Part shown: piece after piece, positions 17,494 through 24,801 of the stretch
Position numbering within the stretch: position 1 is the first letter of the stretch
How the letters are laid out: every line of letters begins with the position of its first letter
Sequence record: ON014755.1
DNA length: 32,000 nt
Direction: 5' to 3' (one strand)
Origin: Pseudanabaena phage Pam3
Position numbers and translations under genes: made by a program
The notes under the pieces: generated by a model
Database searches by the model: none
The model's input: only the letters and a program-made list of their open reading frames with translations
What the model was told of the DNA's origin: nothing

Positions 17494-18382
17494 GGACAAC
17501 GGTCATTACCGGGCTTATGTTTCCAAGAAGTTTCGTCCCGAAGCAATGGAGATGATTCGCCAAGCGAACATCATCATTCAGGAATACGAGCGGCAGAACT
17601 ACAGCCTTACTCTGCGCCAGCTGTATTATCAATTCGTCGCTCGCGATCTTCTCCCGAACCAACAGGCTCACTACAAGCGACTGGGCGACGTCATCAGTGA
17701 CGGCCGGATGGCCGGACTTATCTCCTGGACCGCAATCGAGGATCGGACCCGGAACCTCATGGGTCTGAACACTTACAACGGCCCGGCGGCGGCGATCCGC
17801 GCAGCCGCTGCCGATTACCGGATTGACCTCTGGGCGAATCAAGCCTGGCGACCCGAGGTCTGGGTGGAGAAGGAGGCTCTGGCCGGGGTCATCGGGTCGA
17901 TTTGCAACAAGCTCCGGGTCAACTTCTTCGCGGTACGCGGCTACAATTCGCAGAGCGAGCAGTGGCGAGCCGGTCGGCGTTTCGCAGGATACGTTGCCAA
18001 GGGTCAGCGCCCTATCGTCTTCCATCTCGGGGATCATGACCCGTCCGGGATCGACATGACCCGAGACAATCGGGAACGTCTGGAGATGTTCGCTGGCACT
18101 CCGGTCATCGTTCAGCGGCTCGCTCTCAATATGAACCAGATCGAGGAACTGAAGCCGCCGCCGAACCCGGCAAAGCAGACTGATTCGCGGTTTGACGACT
18201 ACAGGCTCAAGTATGGAGACGAGAGTTGGGAGCTGGATGCGCTTGATCCGCGCTACATCACCGATCTCATCTCGGGAGCCGTCGCTAAGATCAGGGACGA
18301 CGAGCTTTGGGATGAAGCTCTGGAGCAGGAGGTTTCCGACAAACGAGCCCTGGACGATATCATTGAGGGCCTATCGACCTGA
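17486..18382 (+). CDS. Stand-alone topoisomerase VI A / Spo11-like protein (WH catalytic Tyr + Toprim)
   Basis: 'YSLTLRQLYYQFVARDLLP' matches the Top6A/Spo11 catalytic-Tyr motif; 'PIVFHLGDHDPSGIDMTRDNRERL' matches Toprim DxDPxG. Confidence 0.6.
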   Translation: MDEDNGHYRAYVSKKFRPEAMEMIRQANIIIQEYERQNYSLTLRQLYYQFVARDLLPNQQAHYKRLGDVISDGRMAGLISWTAIEDRTRNLMGLNTYNGPAAAIRAAAADYRIDLWANQAWRPEVWVEKEALAGVIGSICNKLRVNFFAVRGYNSQSEQWRAGRRFAGYVAKGQRPIVFHLGDHDPSGIDMTRDNRERLEMFAGTPVIVQRLALNMNQIEELKPPPNPAKQTDSRFDDYRLKYGDESWELDALDPRYITDLISGAVAKIRDDELWDEALEQEVSDKRALDDIIEGLST

Positions 18383-18429
18383 CCCGGAAGCGGGGATAAC
18401 CTTACAATCGAGAAATGGAGAACAAGCTC

Positions 18430-18912
18430 ATGAAAGTCTCTCGCGTTCCTTCCGGTCGCCTCATCCTCATTCTTTCCAAGGAGGAGCGAAGCCACCTCAA
18501 AGGCCCCTATCGGGTCGGGATCGGCTTTAACTGGAAGGAGATCACGATCATTTCGGATGAAGAGGGCCACAAGGGCTCTCGGGACGATCGCGGAGGCGGA
18601 TGGAAGATTGAATGGAACACCGCTGAAGTGGGCCGTCTTCCCTATTTCGGACAAGTCCAAGTTCCGACGGAGAAGCCGCCCGGCCAGCTTTGCTTTTCGC
18701 TTCCCGATGATCTGCCCGATCCCATATCGAGGAAGAAGCGCCGGACTGTGCCGCCGGTGATCGCCGCCCCGGCCGCCGAACCGCTCGCCTGGAAGCTCCC
18801 GGAGCTGGTCCGCCGGATCAACGAGATCAGGTGCGATTGCCCCGACAACATGGTCTTCAGCACCGATGATGAAGGCTATCTGCGCGTCACCGTCGAATAC
18901 GGGAGGGCCTGA
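18430..18912 (+). CDS. Hypothetical protein
   Basis: 160 aa from ATG 18430 (track start 18415 is the ATG inside the leader motif). Confidence 0.55.
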   Translation: MKVSRVPSGRLILILSKEERSHLKGPYRVGIGFNWKEITIISDEEGHKGSRDDRGGGWKIEWNTAEVGRLPYFGQVQVPTEKPPGQLCFSLPDDLPDPISRKKRRTVPPVIAAPAAEPLAWKLPELVRRINEIRCDCPDNMVFSTDDEGYLRVTVEYGRA

Positions 18913-19745
18913 TGCTCGTTCACAACACACCGGTCGAAGACCACCTGGCCGCCTTCGGTCTGCTGGTCAAGCGCGAAGACCTCTCCTGCCCTCCGCCGGG
19001 TCCGCCGTTCTCCAAGACGCGCGGCGTCTTCGCTCACGTCAAGGCCCGGCCTGAGAGCGTCATTGGCGTTCTCGACACCGACCACTCTCAGGGCGGCCAC
19101 GCGGTCGCTCAGGCCTGTGCTTTGTTGGGCAAGACCTGCGTCAACTTCTATCCCGTTCGCAAGGCGGATCAATTCCGACCGCTGCAGCGCCAACAGCAGG
19201 CGGCTCGGGAGCTGGGCGCGAAGCTCGTCAGCCTCCAGGCCGGCCGATCCGCGATCCTGTACCACCAGGCGAAGAAGCAGCTCGCGACCTTCAACGCAGA
19301 CAGCTACATGATGCCCAACGCGCTGAAGCTGCCGGAGATGGTTGCGGAGACGGCTCGGGAGGTCCAGGCCACACTAGTCTCCACGATCCTCCATCCGCGC
19401 CTGCCGGTGCTCATCTCCGCAAGCTCGGGCACCATCGCTGCTGGAGTCATCCGGGGCTTCCGCGACGCCGGCCGCAATCCCATCTTTCTGGTTCACCAGG
19501 GATACGAGCGCCCGGCCGGCGCCATTCTCAATTACATGGAGAAGGTCGGTGGGATCGACCTCAGCCCGGGATCGGACCTGGATGTGCGGCTGATCAACGA
19601 AGGGTATGCCTACAGCGACCTGGCGAAGCGCGGCGAGGTTCCGCCGTGGCCATGCAATGCCTTCTATGACCTGAAGGCATTCCGCTGGTGGCTGGCCGAG
19701 GGCCGGGCGAAATACGGGGAGGCCCTGCTATGGAACATCGGGTGA
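18912..19745 (+). CDS. PLP-dependent enzyme, fold type II-like (ACC deaminase/cysteine synthase-like)
   Basis: 'LLVKREDLSCPPPGPPFSKTRGVFAHVK' resembles the KREDx..GGNKxR PLP-lysine region; 'LISASSGTIAAGVIRGFRDAG' resembles the phosphate-binding glycine/serine-rich loop. Confidence 0.6.
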   Translation: MLVHNTPVEDHLAAFGLLVKREDLSCPPPGPPFSKTRGVFAHVKARPESVIGVLDTDHSQGGHAVAQACALLGKTCVNFYPVRKADQFRPLQRQQQAARELGAKLVSLQAGRSAILYHQAKKQLATFNADSYMMPNALKLPEMVAETAREVQATLVSTILHPRLPVLISASSGTIAAGVIRGFRDAGRNPIFLVHQGYERPAGAILNYMEKVGGIDLSPGSDLDVRLINEGYAYSDLAKRGEVPPWPCNAFYDLKAFRWWLAEGRAKYGEALLWNIG

Positions 19746-19915
19746 ACGATCCGAACGTGGTGGTGGAGGGCTCGATCATGCGTCACAAGCCGACGAAGCT
19801 CACCGTTTACATCAAGCGACCCGGAACGCCGGCCCAGCTCCGGGAAGCCCACTCCACTCTCATGGGTCTGGTTCGGTTCGCCAGAACGCACGATGATCGA
19901 AGCATCGCAAGCTGA
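19730..19915 (+). CDS. Small hypothetical protein
   Basis: 61 aa from ATG 19730 overlapping the PLP gene end; fills the only gap before HNH. Confidence 0.35.
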   Translation: MEHRVNDPNVVVEGSIMRHKPTKLTVYIKRPGTPAQLREAHSTLMGLVRFARTHDDRSIAS

Positions 19916-20252
19916 GATCGACCGCTTCATGAAGCTGGTTGACAAGCTCCCCTCGGGCTGCTGGTTCTGGACTGGCGCCCGATCCCGGGGCGGCAATCGC
20001 GGGAGCCGGAAATGGTACGGCACCTTCTATGTCAACAAGGAGGTCGGTCGGGTCCGGTCGCACCGCTTCAGCTGTGAGGTGATCGGCAAGAAAGGCCCCT
20101 TGCCTCGGGGCTATGATCGGTCTCACAAATGTCACTTCAGTCTGTGCGTCAACCCAGACTGCATCGAATACGAGCTCAAGGAAGTCAACCAGGCGCGTCG
20201 CATCGAGCGAGCCCGGAAGGAGAAGACGGATGGATCACGCTGCTTGGCTTAA
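19893..20252 (+). CDS. HNH endonuclease (homing-like)
   Basis: 'GCWFWTGARSRGGNRGSRKWYGTFYVNKEVGRVRSHRFSCEVIGKKGPLPRGYDRSHKCHFSLCVNPDCIEY' HNH pattern. Confidence 0.8.
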   Translation: MIEASQAEIDRFMKLVDKLPSGCWFWTGARSRGGNRGSRKWYGTFYVNKEVGRVRSHRFSCEVIGKKGPLPRGYDRSHKCHFSLCVNPDCIEYELKEVNQARRIERARKEKTDGSRCLA

Positions 20253-21606
20253 CCAGGACACCGACGAAGACGCCCAGAAGGCGTACAAGTTCTTCATGCG
20301 CCCGGACCCGGACCAACGAGACTTCGTTGGGCCGAAGGAGGAGGAGTATGACCCTCTGACCGGCAAGATCGCGACCTTTCGCCACTCGCGCGTCGGCATG
20401 GTCCGCAACGCCAAGGACGAAGACAAGCGGGACGTGAAGGTGTACCTGGGCTTCGACGGCAAGCCGTCACTTCCCCACATCCGCCTGGACAAGGCGAAAG
20501 ACCTTCAGGGCTGGTATCAGCCGAAGCACAACGACAAGCAGGGATCGCGTCCGCGCCCGTGCTTCACCGACGCGGTTCTCACGGAACCGTATGGCGGCTA
20601 CTGCACCGTGGGCTGTGCCTTCTGCTATGTCAACTCCGGCTTCCGAGGCTATCGCGGCTCGGGGCTGATCAGTGTCCCGGTCAACTACGGGGCGCAGGTC
20701 GAGAACATGTTGTCGAAGATGAGGACGGCGAGCGCCGGCTATTTCAGCAGCTTCACCGATCCGTTCCTGCCTTTGGAGGACATCTATCACAACACGCGAC
20801 GGGGAGCCCAGGCCTTTGTTCGTGCTGGGCTCCCCGTCTTCTTCCTGAGCCGGCTCCACTATCCGGCCTGGGCCGTCGATATGCTGGGCAAGAACAAATA
20901 CAGCTACGCCCAGAAGTCGCTGAACACCGGCGACGATGAAGACTGGCAGAAGCTCTCGCCGGGCGCGATCCCGCTGGAGGACCACATCCAGGAGGTCGCG
21001 GAGCTTCGCCGCCGGGGCATCTACACGTCCATCCAGGTCAATCCCATCGTCCCCGGGATCACGTCCCACGATGACATTCGGCGTCTGTTCGAGCGACTGG
21101 CTGCGGTCGGCAACAATCACGTCATTGTCAAGTTCGTGGAGGCCGGTTACTCCTGGGCCGGGACGATGGTGGAGCGCATGGAAAAGCGGTTCGGCGGGAA
21201 CCGGGCCGGCATGTTCCGCGCCCTGTTCCAGGAGAACAGCGCCGGAGCTCAGAAGACCATCGTGGAGGAGTACCGGATGGAGGCCCACCGGCTCTATCAG
21301 GCCTGGGCGACGGAGCTGGGGATGACCTACGCGACCTGCTACGAGTACCGCAAGGACGCGGAGCGCGGCTGGATCAGCATCGGACCCGAGTTCACGACGG
21401 CCGATCAGTGCCACGGCAAGCGCGTCCCGATGTTCACCCGGCTCGATACGTCTGTGCCGTTCAGCGAGGTCGCGGAGTGTCCGCCCTCGGGATGCCTGCT
21501 CTGCGCCGACAAGAGCGCCGACGGGAAGACCGGAGCCTGCGGCTCGATCACCTTCGGATCGGCCGGCGCCAACCGCCTGAAGGATTTCAAGGAGAGCGTC
21601 TATTGA
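20230..21606 (+). CDS. Radical SAM enzyme (putative DNA-base hypermodification isomerase)
   Basis: CxxxCxxC in 'GGYCTVGCAFCYVNSGF'; C-terminal Cys cluster 'ECPPSGCLLCADKSADGKTGACG'; context of modification genes. Start taken at ATG 20230 (track start 20113). Confidence 0.8.
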   Translation: MDHAAWLNQDTDEDAQKAYKFFMRPDPDQRDFVGPKEEEYDPLTGKIATFRHSRVGMVRNAKDEDKRDVKVYLGFDGKPSLPHIRLDKAKDLQGWYQPKHNDKQGSRPRPCFTDAVLTEPYGGYCTVGCAFCYVNSGFRGYRGSGLISVPVNYGAQVENMLSKMRTASAGYFSSFTDPFLPLEDIYHNTRRGAQAFVRAGLPVFFLSRLHYPAWAVDMLGKNKYSYAQKSLNTGDDEDWQKLSPGAIPLEDHIQEVAELRRRGIYTSIQVNPIVPGITSHDDIRRLFERLAAVGNNHVIVKFVEAGYSWAGTMVERMEKRFGGNRAGMFRALFQENSAGAQKTIVEEYRMEAHRLYQAWATELGMTYATCYEYRKDAERGWISIGPEFTTADQCHGKRVPMFTRLDTSVPFSEVAECPPSGCLLCADKSADGKTGACGSITFGSAGANRLKDFKESVY

Positions 21607-21621
21607 CCTGGAGGCGACGTC

Positions 21622-21831
21622 ATGATGTCATTTGGAGTAGCCATCATCAACGCCAGCCAAGGCGCCAGAGTGCGGCGCAAAGACTGGGGCCGGCCTCTTT
21701 TCGTGGAATTGCGAAGTGTCGCCGGAATGACCAATCCGATATTCGTCATGGTCATGACCGACGGAACGGTTGGACCCTATACCCCTAGCGGCTGTGACAT
21801 GGTCGCTTCAGACTGGTACGCGGTGGACTGA
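21622..21831 (+). CDS. DUF2829 / Tad2-like anti-Thoeris protein
   Basis: 69 aa 'FGVAIINASQGARVRRKDWGRPLFVEL...NPIFVMVMTDGTVGPYTPSGCDMVASDWYAVD' follows the DUF2829 pattern (G.xVxRxxWn...P...m...dG...p..ps..DmlA.DW). Confidence 0.7.
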   Translation: MMSFGVAIINASQGARVRRKDWGRPLFVELRSVAGMTNPIFVMVMTDGTVGPYTPSGCDMVASDWYAVD

Positions 21832-21833
21832 TC

Positions 21834-22628
21834 ATGATCAAGCTCGGGGAAGACCTCCTGGACGATCCGGCGGACTGGGGCCGGTTGCTGATCGAGACGC
21901 ACGACCACGATCCGCTCTACACTGGTCTGCTCTGCTGGGACAAGCCCGGCGCGCGCAAGCGTCGCTTCCTGCTCGCATACTGGTGTTGCTACAGCGTCGG
22001 CGCGAGCTGGTACATCAGCCAGCAGTCCGGGTCGCGGTTCTGGGACCTGCTCTACAAGGCGGCGGAGAACATCGAGCCCAGCCCGCTTGGGGAGCGGTGG
22101 CCCCGGGCTCACGAGCGTCGTCACTGGAGGGCGCTCAACGCGACTTCCTGCGTGTCGGACCTCCGGGCGCGCTACAAGTACCCGGAGGAGGCTGTCTGGG
22201 AGCTGGAGCAGTGCAAGACGCTCGGGGAAGTGACCAAGGCGGCGACACGCTGGACACAGTTCGGTCCCTGGATCGCCTTCAAGGCGGCGGACATGATCGA
22301 GCGCGTCTTGGCCGCTCCAATCGAGTTCACCAACACGCTCATCGACCTCTATGCTGATCCCCGAAAGGGAGCCGAGATGGCCGGCGCGATCTGGGAGTGT
22401 TCCCCGGAGGAAGCTGTGAACAACCTTCTCCGCTCCCTGGGCGATCTGGTTCCGCCCGGCGGAGGTCGGCAGGTCGGCATTCAGGAGGTCGAGACGGTCC
22501 TATGCAAGTGGAAGTCTGCTCGTGGAGGTCGGTACTACATCGGCGCGGACACCCACGACCATCGCGCTGAGCTGGCGCGCTGGGGAGCTCAAGACCTTCT
22601 GTCGGCGTACCCAACGACGCCGGCTTGA
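21834..22628 (+). CDS. Alpha-glutamyl/putrescinyl-thymine pyrophosphorylase-like protein; putative amino acid:DNA transferase
   Basis: 'AATRWTQFGPWIAFKAADMIERVL' HhH-glycosylase-like aGPT-Pplase signature as I recall it; neighbours are 5-hmdU kinase and radical SAM. Confidence 0.6.
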   Translation: MIKLGEDLLDDPADWGRLLIETHDHDPLYTGLLCWDKPGARKRRFLLAYWCCYSVGASWYISQQSGSRFWDLLYKAAENIEPSPLGERWPRAHERRHWRALNATSCVSDLRARYKYPEEAVWELEQCKTLGEVTKAATRWTQFGPWIAFKAADMIERVLAAPIEFTNTLIDLYADPRKGAEMAGAIWECSPEEAVNNLLRSLGDLVPPGGGRQVGIQEVETVLCKWKSARGGRYYIGADTHDHRAELARWGAQDLLSAYPTTPA

Positions 22629-22632
22629 CGAG

Positions 22633-22651
22633 CTATCCCCGCCGGGGATAG
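22633..22651 (+). terminator. Palindrome CTATCCCC-gcc-GGGGATAG
   Basis: Perfect 8-bp stem starting 5 nt after a stop codon; also contains two copies of the CCGGGGATAR-type motif. Confidence 0.4.
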
Positions 22652-22721
22652 GCTGACCGATAAGGGCGTTTCCGGCGGAGCTGGAGCCCTCAACACTAAC
22701 CCGGGAGGCCGATATGTAACC

Positions 22722-22818
22722 TCTGTTTGGTTTTCAGCGACAACAGATAGAGACGTATTGGTAAACCCGCTGGTTGGAAGGGTTTGGAACGAGCCGGGAC
22801 AGGCCAGCTAGTCCCGGC
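22722..22818 (+). promoter_or_regulatory. Structured 5' leader with three consecutive hairpins
   Basis: TCTGTT/AACAGA (22722-22727/22742-22747), AAACCC/GGGTTT (22763-22768/22780-22785), GCCGGGAC/GTCCCGGC (22793-22800/22811-22818), upstream of the 22844 gene. Confidence 0.4.
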
Positions 22819-22843
22819 GACTTTATGAGAAATGGAGTACAAG

Positions 22844-23140
22844 ATGACAATGTCCAGGGACCGCGTGCGGTTCACTTTCACTGATTCCCCCGCCGCCGCG
22901 AGCCCGAACCTTCGGGCGGCGGTTCGGGCCTTCGGCATCACGTCGGAGCAGGCCAGTGCTATCTTCCGACAGGCCGGCCAGATCGTCTGCCGTCCGTCCC
23001 AATTCGGTCGCTTCATCATCTATCGGGTGGAGGAGGGTCTGTCCTGCAACCGGATTCAGGTACTTTCGCCCCATCTGTTCACGCCCCAGGAAGGTCCGGC
23101 GGTGACAGATGTGTCGCTCAATCCGAACAAGGATTGCTGA
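22844..23140 (+). CDS. Hypothetical protein
   Basis: 98 aa from ATG 22844 (or from the motif-embedded ATG 22832); followed immediately by the kinase. Confidence 0.55.
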   Translation: MTMSRDRVRFTFTDSPAAASPNLRAAVRAFGITSEQASAIFRQAGQIVCRPSQFGRFIIYRVEEGLSCNRIQVLSPHLFTPQEGPAVTDVSLNPNKDC

Positions 23141-23141
23141 C

Positions 23142-23768
23142 ATGATCATCAACATTCGAGGCACCAACGGCTCCGGCAAGACGACGCTGGCCCGCGACCT
23201 GATTGGGGAGCGCCCCAACCCCATCGACCTGCTCCACTACCCTTCACCCACCAAGCGCGATCCCGAGCGCATGGCCTGGGTTGAAGGCTGGGGAGGTCGC
23301 ACGGACTTCATCGCGGTCGGCTCCTACAAGCAGGGCTGCGGCGGGCTCGATACCGTCCCGAGCTTCGACCTCCAGCAGCGCGCGATCCGCGTGGCTCATG
23401 ACTGGAAGCGGGAGAACGGGACTGCTTTGATGGCCGGCACCCGACCGCGCTTCGTCATCGCGGAAGGCGTCCTGGCTTCCACCGTCTTCGGCTCGTGGGG
23501 CAACTTCTTCGCCGGCTTCAACAAGGATGAAGTCCTCATCGCCTATCTCGACACGCCGCTGGAGGTCTGCCTGGAACGGATCACGGCGCGCCAGATCGCG
23601 GCGAAGGGCGAGGCCCGGGAGATCAAGACGGACCAGGTGGCCGACAAGATCAGGGCGATCAACGCGACGCGGAAGCGTTTCGACGCCGCCGGCTTCACGA
23701 CGATCCTCCTGGACCATACGCGGCCGGCGGCGGACCTCATCTCCCATCTCCACGACCTGGGGGCCTGA
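23142..23768 (+). CDS. P-loop kinase, putative 5-hydroxymethyl-dU DNA kinase
   Basis: Walker A 'IRGTNGSGKTTLARDLI'; 'FVIAEGVLASTVFGSWGNFF'; 'YLDTPLEVCLERI'; adjacent helical-domain gene and TS homologue. Confidence 0.7.
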   Translation: MIINIRGTNGSGKTTLARDLIGERPNPIDLLHYPSPTKRDPERMAWVEGWGGRTDFIAVGSYKQGCGGLDTVPSFDLQQRAIRVAHDWKRENGTALMAGTRPRFVIAEGVLASTVFGSWGNFFAGFNKDEVLIAYLDTPLEVCLERITARQIAAKGEAREIKTDQVADKIRAINATRKRFDAAGFTTILLDHTRPAADLISHLHDLGA

Positions 23769-23771
23769 CCC

Positions 23772-24800
23772 ATGGATATTCGACCTCTGGCCGATTGGGT
23801 CAACGAGCGCCACGCGATCTATCTGCGCAAGGAGCTGGCGAGCGGCCGGCGGTCGGCTGAAGGTCTCGGCATCCCCGAGGGGCTGCGAGATGAGTTCGCC
23901 TGGGCTGCAAAGCGTCCCGAGATAGCGTTGACCCGCGATCCGATCCTCGCCCTGTATCGCTTCTGCAACGTCTTCCGGGAGCTGGACCGGGTGACGCAGT
24001 GGATCAGGTACAACATCCGCCGCCGGTTCGCGGATCACCCCGACCTCTGGTTCATGCTCGCCATCGCCCGGACAATCAACTGGCCGGACACGCTCCAGTA
24101 CTTGATGAACCGGGGCGAGCTCAAGTGCGACCATAACGCCTGGCCGTTGGAGGACTACCGCCTGAAGCTTCCCAACTTCGACTTCAGCCCCGAAGCTTTG
24201 GGCGACGCCCTTGACAACTGGTCAGCTCTCGGCAACAAGACCTACACCGGTGCCTATATGATCCGGGCGGAGAGCAACCCAAAGGCGGAATGGTACTCCT
24301 GGACGAAGCAGCAGTACATCGCTCGGATCGTCCTGGGCCGGCTCTGGGAGGATCGCGAGGAGTGGAAGCGCCTGCTCAGCCCGGCTCCCGCGTCTTCCGA
24401 CCCGGAGCCGTCTATGCAGAGCGTCTGGAACAAGTTCCAGCAGCCCCGCTACATCGGCTGGGGGCCGTTCATGGCCTATCAGGTGGTGGTCGATCTGCGT
24501 CACACCCGCTACCTTCGCGACGCTCACGACATTCAGGAGTGGGCGGCGCTCGGGCCAGGCTCCCGTCGGGGCCTCAACCGTCTCGCTGGGCGTCCGGTGG
24601 ACTACTCGCTGAGCCAGGAAGAGGGCCTGATCGAGATGCAGGCCCTGCATCGCTCTCAGCACGAGTGGAGGGCTCCCTGGGTTCCGCCCATCGACCTCTC
24701 CGACATCCAGAACTGCCTCTGTGAGGTGGACAAGTATCTCCGCGTGAAGTCCGGCGAGGGGAAGCCTCGCGCCAAGTATGTCCCGGGAAGGGGATGGTGA
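23772..24800 (+). CDS. 5-hmdU DNA kinase helical-domain / aGPT-Pplase-like protein
   Basis: 'FxxWVNERHAIYLRKELA..TRDPILALYRFCNVFRELDRVTQWIRYNIR', 'GWGPFMAYQVVVDLRH', 'CLCEVDKYLRVKSGEGKPRAKY'. Confidence 0.75.
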   Translation: MDIRPLADWVNERHAIYLRKELASGRRSAEGLGIPEGLRDEFAWAAKRPEIALTRDPILALYRFCNVFRELDRVTQWIRYNIRRRFADHPDLWFMLAIARTINWPDTLQYLMNRGELKCDHNAWPLEDYRLKLPNFDFSPEALGDALDNWSALGNKTYTGAYMIRAESNPKAEWYSWTKQQYIARIVLGRLWEDREEWKRLLSPAPASSDPEPSMQSVWNKFQQPRYIGWGPFMAYQVVVDLRHTRYLRDAHDIQEWAALGPGSRRGLNRLAGRPVDYSLSQEEGLIEMQALHRSQHEWRAPWVPPIDLSDIQNCLCEVDKYLRVKSGEGKPRAKYVPGRGW

Positions 24801-24801
24801 A

